Part shown: in pieces, positions 17,016 through 24,869 of the stretch
How the letters are laid out: every line of letters starts with the position of its first letter
Numbering within the stretch: position 1 is the stretch's first letter
Source of the DNA: a virus
Length of the DNA stretch: 39,768 nucleotides
IMG/VR virus record: IMGVR_UViG_3300011270_000004
Coordinates: 1 to 39,768 of that record
Reading direction: 5' to 3' (one strand)
Notes under the pieces: model-generated
Told to the model about the DNA's origin: nothing
What the model saw: the letters and a program-made list of their open reading frames with translations, nothing else
The model's database searches: none
Made by a program: the position numbers and the translations under genes

Positions 17016-17219
17016 CTATGTTTCCATAGAGTTCAGAGCACCGCATTCGCAATTTATATCTTTGTAATTTACACAACAAATATCACATAATTTACGATCT
17101 TCTCGCTTGCTACGTTCAGGCTGATATGGAAGATGAACAAAAACTATCATTTCATGAATACATTTATATGTATCTTCGTGTTTATAGACTTTTTCATGTT
17201 CTGTACAATTACATTTCAT
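17016..17219 (-). CDS. Intron-A ORF 1 (67 aa), function unknown.
   Basis: Track ORF with SD AAGGGG upstream of the ATG. Its C-terminus is shared with 16663..16974. Confidence 0.4.
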   Translation of the reverse strand: MKCNCTEHEKVYKHEDTYKCIHEMIVFVHLPYQPERSKREDRKLCDICCVNYKDINCECGALNSMET

Positions 17220-17271
17220 ATCTTGCCCCTTGTTGTCCGTCTACATATTATGCAGCGAGGAGTTCCAAGTC

Positions 17272-17568
17272 AATCAGAGAAGATTTTACTTCGGCACACA
17301 TTCTACCGAAGAATGCCATTTGAGCATCAATGATGTCTCTTTGAGGCACTTGGGCAGGCGGATCAATACCACTGTTACCCAATTGTATAGTAGGAGGTGT
17401 CAATGCCCTTGGTCTCATGAAGCGGCAAGTAGTACCGCCATTGGCCGGCATTGAAACCTTATCACATACAATGATATTATTCATTGTGGGGGTTGGTACA
17501 TATAACATTGCTGGTGCAAGTGACTGCAATATTAGAGGTCCGAGATTCCCCGAGGTCGTAATCGACAT
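17272..17568 (-). CDS. Major capsid protein, exon 1 (99 codons).
   Basis: This is the N-terminal part of track ORF 17248..17568: ...PANGGTTCRFMRPRALTPPTIQLGNSGIDPPAQVPQRDIIDAQMAFFG..., typical of an HK97-type MCP N-terminal region. The exon length of 297 nt is in phase with exon 2 starting at 16063. Confidence 0.75.
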
Positions 17569-17785
17569 AAAACCATCCTGGTTTCGTGTGAAAACTATGA
17601 CATGATGATCAGTTGACGAGCTTCCTTACGTCGTTCTCGATCATATCTTGATAAACATACATTACTTATAAAATAGAAATAAGCAAAGTACACTTATCGG
17701 ATTAGAGTTTGCGAACACTCAATTACGCGACATCATTTAACGCATGAATACGTTTGCACAATACGCTTGTGCTTGCGTATTCTGA

Positions 17786-17814
17786 CATATACTATTTATT
17801 ATACTTTATGTCAA
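17786..17814 (-). promoter_or_regulatory. Possible promoter for the capsid transcript.
   Basis: In minus sense: TTGACA, a 17-nt spacer, then TATATG (a weak -10). A TATAAT lies inside the spacer, so the exact promoter elements are ambiguous. Confidence 0.25.
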
Positions 17815-17831
17815 GAACAATTCACCTCTAT

Positions 17832-18056
17832 TCATAAAACTTTATCAATTGCATACCAATATAGAGGTGTTGGAGAAATTAAATAAGGTGAATTTGAAGC
17901 TTGCCAAAGATATATTTTATCATTTGGTGTAATTGAAGCTCGATAACTTCCAACATAATATAACTTACCATCTGTCAGAAGTACTTCTTGACCTTCTTTT
18001 GGAAGATTTTTATTTTCATCATTTTTCGCTGTCCAATCGATTTTAATCCAGTCCAT
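17832..18056 (-). CDS. DUF551-like small protein.
   Basis: Track ORF, 74 aa, with SD AAGGAG. MDWIKIDW...LPKEGQEVLLTDGKLYYVGSY fits the DUF551 pattern, recalled from memory. Confidence 0.55.
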   Translation of the reverse strand: MDWIKIDWTAKNDENKNLPKEGQEVLLTDGKLYYVGSYRASITPNDKIYLWQASNSPYLISPTPLYWYAIDKVL

Positions 18057-18064
18057 AACACTCC

Positions 18065-18193
18065 TTATTTCTTTTTTGAATGATGATGACCTTTGTTAGC
18101 AATCTTAGCCTTTATAGCTATTTTGCCGTGGCCTTTTTTCTCATGATGTTCATGATGCATTTCATGTTTATGTTCTTTCTTTTTGTGTTCCAT
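18065..18193 (-). CDS. His/Lys-rich mini-protein (42 aa, below the track cutoff).
   Basis: Hand-translated: MEHKKKEHKHEMHHEHHEKKGHGKIAIKAKIANKGHHHSKKK*. It has a GAGGG SD, fills the gap between scaffold and 17832..18056 exactly, and its stop overlaps the next SD. Confidence 0.55.
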   Translation of the reverse strand: MEHKKKEHKHEMHHEHHEKKGHGKIAIKAKIANKGHHHSKKK

Positions 18194-18195
18194 GT

Positions 18196-18864
18196 TTAAA
18201 CCCTCATTTTAGCTTTTAATTCTTGCATTTTTGCATAAGCATTTTTCTGACCCGATGGTGAAAAATCCCCTGACCCAGCATTGTAGGGTGCTGCCCCTAT
18301 TCCTGAAGGCTGATAATATGGGCTCTTTCTATTAGCGTCAATTTTATCCTGTACAGATGGTTGTTTTTGCTCAGGTTTATCTAAACCTAATGCTTTAATA
18401 TTGCTATAAACTAACTTTTGTCTTTCGAAGCCTTCTGGCATCTCCAATATGGTTTCGGCCAATCCTGGATTAGATTGAGCAAATCTTTCTGCATATTGTA
18501 AAACATCAAAGAAGTCGGGATTATTTCTCATCCACATATCTTTCTTCTGATTGTCAATTAATGAACGGGCCTTTTCCTCTGCCTTTTTATCAATTTTCTC
18601 TTCCATTCTTTTTTCAAAGGCAGTCATTTTCCTTTCAAATTTCTTATGATCTACATAAGGATCATTGTCATCTGATTCTTCTTCCTGGAGCTGTACACGC
18701 TGGCTTCTAATTTCATGAGTCATCCTCTCAGCTTCTTCACGTTTTGCACGCTCCTGAGCTAATTCTCGTTGATATTTAGCCTCAAGTTGGCGAAAATTAT
18801 ATTCTTTATCATTCGGTTTTTGTTCTTGCGTATTTACAGAATTATCTTGGGCGGGAATAGACAT
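18196..18864 (-). CDS. Scaffolding protein.
   Basis: Track ORF, 222 aa, with strong SD AAGGAGG. It is highly charged and helical (EAKYQRELAQERAKREEAERM...) and lies upstream of the MCP. Confidence 0.65.
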   Translation of the reverse strand: MSIPAQDNSVNTQEQKPNDKEYNFRQLEAKYQRELAQERAKREEAERMTHEIRSQRVQLQEEESDDNDPYVDHKKFERKMTAFEKRMEEKIDKKAEEKARSLIDNQKKDMWMRNNPDFFDVLQYAERFAQSNPGLAETILEMPEGFERQKLVYSNIKALGLDKPEQKQPSVQDKIDANRKSPYYQPSGIGAAPYNAGSGDFSPSGQKNAYAKMQELKAKMRV

Positions 18865-18952
18865 TCAACAAGCCTCCTTGCCTGGTTTAGATCTCACACA
18901 TCCATGTGTGGTTATCAGACATTTAATTAAAAATTGAATTTTATATCAAGGA

Positions 18953-19351
18953 TTGTGTTTAATAAAAAGTATGAATGACTATCAAATTATCAATGGCAAA
19001 CCACATTTAGGCGTCTTTTTTGGACAATATCTTTATCTATCTGAAGATGCTTTTTATGGTGATGAGAACATGAATCCCATTCAAATTAAAGCAAAATCAG
19101 TTCTAAAAAATTATTCGCTAAGATTCTTAAAAAAAAATCTTCAACTTAGGCATGAACAATATATATTGAGACTTACTGATTCCGCTTTATTTAATCCTCT
19201 TTCTCAATATGGATCATTAGCATATAAATATATGATCTGGGGAAGAGCTTTTCAGGTTATGAGTTTGACTAAAAAAGGTGTAAAACGCTTTGAAAAGAAA
19301 CTCATCAGTGGAAAAAGAAAATATGTACGAGTAGATAAAAATGGATATTAA
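18953..19351 (+). CDS. Hypothetical protein on the opposite strand inside the late operon. The real start may be the ATG at 18971.
   Basis: Track ORF, 132 aa. I recognised no motif. Confidence 0.45.
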   Translation: MCLIKSMNDYQIINGKPHLGVFFGQYLYLSEDAFYGDENMNPIQIKAKSVLKNYSLRFLKKNLQLRHEQYILRLTDSALFNPLSQYGSLAYKYMIWGRAFQVMSLTKKGVKRFEKKLISGKRKYVRVDKNGY

Positions 19352-19464
19352 GCCATATCGACAACTAAAATCTCCAAAAAGAAAGGGAACAATTAAGTTT
19401 ATAACTATTAGAAACGCTATCAAAAAAATTTTAAAAAATAGAATTCAAAACGAGGATATCACGA

Positions 19465-19929
19465 ATGAAGCTCAACTTTCTCGAAACCCATGACCGATTT
19501 CAACATTTTACCAAACAATCATTCGATATTTCAGAATGTTGTCAGGATCTAATCAATCAGAGGCCATTTGGGGAACATCCATTTTATATCTTTGCTCATG
19601 CTAGAACTGCTGACGATGGTGTGACAAAGCAATTAATATGGCAACCAAGATTGACACGTCCTCTTGCACAATCAAATTCAATGTTGTTTAAGGCATATCC
19701 TGGAACAGATTTGATAAAAGTAATTTGGATTATCCCAGCAAGAGAATTATGGGCTCAATTCGCAAAAGGTAAAATGTTACAAAATCAAACAATATGTGAT
19801 AGCCTTCATTCTTTTTTATATAATCGGGATAAACTGAATGAAAAAGAACCAGATGACCTCTCAGATGACGCTTGTGATGCTATTTATAAACAAATTAGCC
19901 TAGCTGCTAAGCCTAGAATGGCCTTTTAA
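19465..19929 (+). CDS. Hypothetical protein on the opposite strand inside the late operon.
   Basis: Track ORF, 154 aa, with SD-like ACGAGGA upstream. I recognised no motif. Confidence 0.5.
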   Translation: MKLNFLETHDRFQHFTKQSFDISECCQDLINQRPFGEHPFYIFAHARTADDGVTKQLIWQPRLTRPLAQSNSMLFKAYPGTDLIKVIWIIPARELWAQFAKGKMLQNQTICDSLHSFLYNRDKLNEKEPDDLSDDACDAIYKQISLAAKPRMAF

Positions 19930-19985
19930 TTTCTTCGGAAACATCCAGTTTTTTGCCTGTGGATTCCAAATTCTTTTATTTTTCT

Positions 19986-20198
19986 TCAAGCCAATGCCTT
20001 TGGAGGTGTCTTAAGTTGTTTAGGTGTATTTTGTATCATTCCCATTCCATCTCTCATTTTACCTAATTTGGCTCTTATACCAGTACCATAATGATCACCC
20101 ATACCATATTTTGTATTTTGAGTATGAGCAAATCTATTTTTACCCGGCTTTTTTGGATATTGCCTATTTGGCTCACCTGCTTGCTGTGCTTGTGCCAT
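19986..20198 (-). CDS. Small basic Gly/His-motif protein.
   Basis: Track ORF, 70 aa. GMGDHYGTGIRAKLG resembles NAGTHFGIGHRQPVG in 20471..20731. Confidence 0.5.
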   Translation of the reverse strand: MAQAQQAGEPNRQYPKKPGKNRFAHTQNTKYGMGDHYGTGIRAKLGKMRDGMGMIQNTPKQLKTPPKALA

Positions 20199-20243
20199 AA
20201 ATTATTTACCCTAAATATTGTTGGTATCTTTTGTTTCCTAATA

Positions 20244-20468
20244 TCATAATCCATCATACCAACCCTTAATAGCCAAATCTAAGTCATATTCTCCTTGCCA
20301 CCAATGCGAAATATGTCCACTTCCATCAGAATAACAAATATCCAATTGTTTATTATCCCAATTGTCATGTGTCTCAAATCCACTACCAATTCTTCGATAT
20401 CCTGGAAATCGAGTAATTAATTTATTATTCTCTATTGGTTTTCTCTCAGAAAATCTAACCCATACCAT
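20244..20468 (-). CDS. DUF551-like small protein (weak match).
   Basis: Track ORF, 74 aa: MVWVRFSERKPIENN...ISHWWQ. Confidence 0.45.
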   Translation of the reverse strand: MVWVRFSERKPIENNKLITRFPGYRRIGSGFETHDNWDNKQLDICYSDGSGHISHWWQGEYDLDLAIKGWYDGL

Positions 20469-20470
20469 AA

Positions 20471-20731
20471 TTAAGCAGTTTCATCTACTTCCATTGTATG
20501 AACACTTTTTCTGTCTGTAGGAAGCGTAGGCGCTTTTTCTGAAGGATTGTTTTTATGTCCAACAGGCTGTCTATGCCCAATTCCAAAATGCGTACCTGCA
20601 TTTACAAAACATGATGATCTCTGGTCATATTGCGGACATGTAAAATCCCATGGAGATCTCATACCATTTTGTGGTTTATCTCTGGGGTTTTGTTTCTTTA
20701 TTTCTGTCGGGTCTTTAAATCCACTTTTCAT
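20471..20731 (-). CDS. Small basic Gly/His-motif protein.
   Basis: Track ORF, 86 aa, with SD AAAGGA. Confidence 0.5.
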   Translation of the reverse strand: MKSGFKDPTEIKKQNPRDKPQNGMRSPWDFTCPQYDQRSSCFVNAGTHFGIGHRQPVGHKNNPSEKAPTLPTDRKSVHTMEVDETA

Positions 20732-20899
20732 AAAAATCCTTTAATTAAAAGGCAAATAGACTATCGTCTGGTGTCAATAGTCTATTGCCAACTGTTTCGC
20801 CGAAGAGGCTAAAACAATGTCTTATAAAATGGGACAATGTTAACGACTTGACTGATTCAATGATTAGGAGTAAGCAGCAAGAATCATTGTCCCAAAACT

Positions 20900-21121
20900 C
20901 TAGTTTCTGAATCCTGGCTTTGTTGCATGCCCTTTGGATTTCTTCACGCCCATCTCTTGCTGATGTTTAATTGTCTCGGTAGTATCTTCATAATGAGACA
21001 ATTCCCCGCCGCTCATTGCAGAACTTTCCATTTTAACTTTATGGGGACCATCGGGAAATACTGAACCATGACTTGGCTTCCCTGCCCAATTAGAGTGATC
21101 ATCAATCCTTTTTCCGCTCAT
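20900..21121 (-). CDS. Small basic protein.
   Basis: Track ORF, 73 aa, with SD AAGGAG, directly downstream of the portal gene. Confidence 0.55.
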   Translation of the reverse strand: MSGKRIDDHSNWAGKPSHGSVFPDGPHKVKMESSAMSGGELSHYEDTTETIKHQQEMGVKKSKGHATKPGFRN

Positions 21122-21164
21122 AACAAACTCCTTTTTGTACGGTCTTTATTTAACATATATCATA

Positions 21165-23357
21165 TTAACGCATTTGTGACATTCCAGAAGATTGACCCAT
21201 ACCAGCGGATTTCCCCATGATCTGATCTAAAAAGCGACTTCCCTCTGATATCTGTGTTGCTTTTAATCTTTCTTGATCCTCTTTTACATCTTCACGCGAA
21301 TTAATTTCTTCAATATTTTGTATCCTAAGAGATGCTTCTAATTCACCATATTGGGTAATTACAGTCACAAGTTTCTCTAATGCTTCCATTTTGGCTTTTG
21401 TTGAAAGTGATTGATTTTTAGATATCTCGCTTAATCTCTCTTCCAGCAAACCAACATTAGCATCAAATCTGCCTGCTCTCTCTTTCGCCATTGCTATATT
21501 AGCTATAGCCTTAGACATCATCTCTTGCAATTTAGCCTGCTCAAATGCATGTTGAATATTTTGAGCTTCACTCTGCTGAACTTGCATTTGTTGTTCTTGT
21601 TCTTGCAATATTTTTTGTATCTCAGCTTTTCCAGTGATGTTTAACTTAGGAATGATCTGAGAAGGACTAAACACCTCTCTCTGAAATGCTGCATTAATAT
21701 CCATCATCTGTTGAGCTTGCAGATTTTGTTGTGTGGGTGTTAAATCAGATTCTTCAACAATAGTCTGATAATTAGCAAATATCTTACTGTAAAAATAAGG
21801 TGATGGTTCCTCACCTATATACAAAGCCACTTTTTCCGCATTCCAATTATTCAATAAGACTTTAAGTAATCTATCACCCAACAGTTTATCTGCATAATCC
21901 CATTGATCAAAATACTTCTGAAACACCATCAAATTCGCAGCTTGCTTAAGCATCATCGTCAACGATGATATTTGTTTATCTTGCTGTCCTGCCCAATTTT
22001 CAATTTGTATTCCACTTGTTTCATACATTAAAGCTTTCATCTGTTCAGCTAATGCCAAATCGCTTTCGGGTACAGCTGAAGGTATTATTTTCTCAACATC
22101 TGTCATCTCATAACCTTCATTAATGATGACATCCCAACCTTGTCCTGATTTCTTTAGGTTATCTTCATTAGCCACAGCACCTGACTTTCTTTTCCATCCA
22201 GCATTAATTGTTGCTGCTGCTATGTCATTGTTTGTGATCACTTTATAATTGAACAAAAATTGAGGATCTCTCATGGTTCTTACTAAAGATCTACATCTTA
22301 AATCATAATAATTAATATGCGGTTCATAATTCCAAAAATAAGGGATAAATGGACATTCATCAAAACCTAACGGATTATCCCCCTGAAACATCAATTGATC
22401 ATTTAATACAGTAGCAAGTTTCCATGTAGGTGTATCAACTTTTACAAGCTCTAAATCCGGTATATTATATAATAATCCTTCAACATCAGCGTCTCGGCCA
22501 ATGCTAAAAAACATGTTCTTAGATCTACTGTAAAGCTTTTCTTTCTTAGTTTTCCATTTGTACCACACATATGACAATACCATAAGATCGTTACGAGCCA
22601 TATTATAGTTTTCCGGAAGAAAATAAAATGAACCATAGCGCTGCGGTGTACCAGCCATTGGCATAATTTGTTCTAACTTATCAGGGAAACGGTCTTCTGC
22701 TTCTTTCTTGCTGATATATTCCTGACACCATACAAATTGACAGTCAGACATATCTGGAGATCTGAAATAGGGATCAACTAAAAATGAATTGTATTCCCAT
22801 ATTTTAAGCTTCACATCACCCTGAGCAGGATCTCTTGTATAATCTAAATAGGGTTGAGCAAGACACATTCCTGATATTGCAGATAATTCTTTTGCTTTTG
22901 ATTTCTGTTCGTGAATACAGCCTTCATTAGCAACATGCGTTATCAATTTAGTATATTGATCAGTAGTCTGAGGATCTGCACCTTCACCCGGAACATATGA
23001 AAAATTCTTCCTGTGTTGTCTTTCATATCCAGTCACCATGTTCACCGGCTGTTGAATGATATTGAAATAATATTGCTGATAACTTGTAGTGGGACTAAAA
23101 TTGAAATATCTGTTTACGAACGTCTGAGAGCCAGCATAAAACAAAGTATCAATATTAGATTGATTCCAGCGACTTTGTTCGATGGGCTGAAATTTAGAGT
23201 ACAAATTATCAAGCCATTGCCTAACATTGCCTTGATTAGGCTCTAATGCATTATTCCAAGGGGGATAATAAAACGACACGAAAGCATCCTTGCTTTTGTT
23301 TAAAATGGACCAGGCTGGATTTTCACCAACATCGCTACGATTGGTTACGTAGAGCAT
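21165..23357 (-). CDS. Portal protein.
   Basis: Track ORF, 730 aa, immediately downstream of the large terminase. It has a long Q/E-rich helical C-terminal tail, as in P22-type portals (recalled from memory). Confidence 0.7.
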   Translation of the reverse strand: MLYVTNRSDVGENPAWSILNKSKDAFVSFYYPPWNNALEPNQGNVRQWLDNLYSKFQPIEQSRWNQSNIDTLFYAGSQTFVNRYFNFSPTTSYQQYYFNIIQQPVNMVTGYERQHRKNFSYVPGEGADPQTTDQYTKLITHVANEGCIHEQKSKAKELSAISGMCLAQPYLDYTRDPAQGDVKLKIWEYNSFLVDPYFRSPDMSDCQFVWCQEYISKKEAEDRFPDKLEQIMPMAGTPQRYGSFYFLPENYNMARNDLMVLSYVWYKWKTKKEKLYSRSKNMFFSIGRDADVEGLLYNIPDLELVKVDTPTWKLATVLNDQLMFQGDNPLGFDECPFIPYFWNYEPHINYYDLRCRSLVRTMRDPQFLFNYKVITNNDIAAATINAGWKRKSGAVANEDNLKKSGQGWDVIINEGYEMTDVEKIIPSAVPESDLALAEQMKALMYETSGIQIENWAGQQDKQISSLTMMLKQAANLMVFQKYFDQWDYADKLLGDRLLKVLLNNWNAEKVALYIGEEPSPYFYSKIFANYQTIVEESDLTPTQQNLQAQQMMDINAAFQREVFSPSQIIPKLNITGKAEIQKILQEQEQQMQVQQSEAQNIQHAFEQAKLQEMMSKAIANIAMAKERAGRFDANVGLLEERLSEISKNQSLSTKAKMEALEKLVTVITQYGELEASLRIQNIEEINSREDVKEDQERLKATQISEGSRFLDQIMGKSAGMGQSSGMSQMR

Positions 23358-23448
23358 TAATATTTATGCGGACAAGTCCTTATAAATTATAAGTTACCTT
23401 ATAATTTGAATTATATCAATTATTCTTATGAAAATACACGGTGACACC

Positions 23449-24738
23449 TTAAATCCTCTTTCTGGGCTGCTGCTGAAACCTATTTACCATATAATCATTA
23501 TTTGGAGGATCTTTATATGGTTTATATTCCTCAATCTTGTGAGTCTGTATAGCATATCTCAACGCATCTACAGCATGGTCACCTTTTTTAATAGGTTTAT
23601 CCTCACCTTCTTTACTTTTCTTGTCATCCCATACATATGTCTGTATCTCCCTTATCAAATTGTGACAGTCCTTACACACTGTCAAATTGCCTTTACCCAT
23701 TTCCGTTGTCATTGTGCTTATGCCATTAAATACATCGTTATCGGCCTCTATAACATGCATTCCACGCCTCTGAAGCTCAAGCTTCATTGACAAAGCAGAA
23801 GGATCAATGTAAAGCTGCTTTACAGCATACGGTTCAATGAACTCTTGTATGTCATCAGCAAACTCACTGTTAATCTTTTGACGACCTTTTTTCTTACAAT
23901 CCCAGTAATATTCTTTCTCAACCCACCATCTTTTGCCAGTCTGATCAAGCTTACCGGTGTTAACACCGATTAGCACACAAGCAAATGCATTGCTAATTCC
24001 ATAGTCAATACCGCATATCCAATATTCAGCTGCTTTAGGCGGCGATTTTGTCACATGTATATTAATATCAAAGAAATCAAATATTGCACCCTCGGCCAAG
24101 CACCAAATCCCGAGATAATTGCGCTTGTAAAATAATCCTGTTAGACTATTTTTAAGCCTCTCTTTGTAGTCCGGAGGCAAATAAGGATTGTCATCAATGC
24201 TAAATCCAAGTGCATAGTAATTAGGATTGTCATCTGTCGCACTATCAATCCATTGCTTTAACTTGTGTGTCGGCTGTTTTGGATTCATGCTTGCAAAACC
24301 AATTGAGTGAGGCAATCTCAAACGAGTATCAATCATATCGATGACATTCTCGGGATATAATGTCATCTCATCGCAATAAGCTATTGATATCGTTTTGCCC
24401 TGTATTCTGCCGATTGATCCTTCGTCTTTTGCGCCTATTACAGTTATAATCTTATCTTTAAAACGCAATTCGTTTTTGCCGGGAAACCAGGTGCAGAACG
24501 GTCTGAAGACGATAAATTCAGGTGTTTGCAATATAAGCTTGATACAGTTTTCGAAGACTGTTGTTGATGAGTGACCGAACATATATATTTGATTGTCGGG
24601 ACATTCAGCAACAGATTGCAAGAAGCGAAATAACGTACCAACGGTTTTCCCGCTGGATACCGGCCCATGGGCTAAATTCCACCCTTTAATACTCTCAACT
24701 ATAAATTGTCTTTGCTTTTTACTGAGCAGCTCTTGCAT
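23449..24738 (-). CDS. terL: Terminase large subunit.
   Basis: Track ORF, 429 aa. Walker A is GPVSSGKT, Walker-B-like is ISIAYCDE, and ICGIDYG is the first acidic motif of the nuclease domain. Confidence 0.85.
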   Translation of the reverse strand: MQELLSKKQRQFIVESIKGWNLAHGPVSSGKTVGTLFRFLQSVAECPDNQIYMFGHSSTTVFENCIKLILQTPEFIVFRPFCTWFPGKNELRFKDKIITVIGAKDEGSIGRIQGKTISIAYCDEMTLYPENVIDMIDTRLRLPHSIGFASMNPKQPTHKLKQWIDSATDDNPNYYALGFSIDDNPYLPPDYKERLKNSLTGLFYKRNYLGIWCLAEGAIFDFFDINIHVTKSPPKAAEYWICGIDYGISNAFACVLIGVNTGKLDQTGKRWWVEKEYYWDCKKKGRQKINSEFADDIQEFIEPYAVKQLYIDPSALSMKLELQRRGMHVIEADNDVFNGISTMTTEMGKGNLTVCKDCHNLIREIQTYVWDDKKSKEGEDKPIKKGDHAVDALRYAIQTHKIEEYKPYKDPPNNDYMVNRFQQQPRKRI

Positions 24739-24869
24739 TATGACATCATGACAGATGGTAAAAAACCATTAACTAAGATAGAGATCATTGAAATTGTTCA
24801 GGAGATGGTCAATGTATATGAAAATCTGCCTTCTGAAGCACTCTTCGCGCCACTCACCCACCAAGACCA

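Larger units (their letters stand above)
16593..17271 (-). mobile_element. Intervening element A: 679-nt composite group-I-like intron candidate, made of a truncated upstream copy and a complete downstream copy, with two ORFs.
   Basis: It starts GACUUGGAAC after the exon-1 U at 17272 and ends ...AAGUAACAGAUUG at 16593. The 5' block recurs internally at 16975..16996, and a 110-nt core block is duplicated exactly (16663..16772 = 17016..17125). Confidence 0.6.

Noticed and set aside
15377-17568. The capsid made as two separately translated polypeptides, or interrupted by an intein, a group II intron or a translational bypass.
   Set aside because: - Separate translation: the C-terminal piece has no ATG and no SD.
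- Intein: the insert has stops in the exon frame.
- Group II intron: the insert lacks the GUGYG…AY ends and has no RT ORF.
- Translational bypass: 1.2 kb is far beyond known bypassing distances.
19930-19985. A terminator between the convergent genes 19465..19929 (+) and 19986..20198 (-).
   Set aside because: Only a 5-bp stem (ATCCA/TGGAT) with a 12-nt loop can be drawn, which is too weak to call.
23428-23790. Plus-strand 120-aa track ORF.
   Set aside because: It is entirely antisense to the terminase large subunit, and its hydrophobic low-complexity translation is typical of an AT-rich antisense frame.
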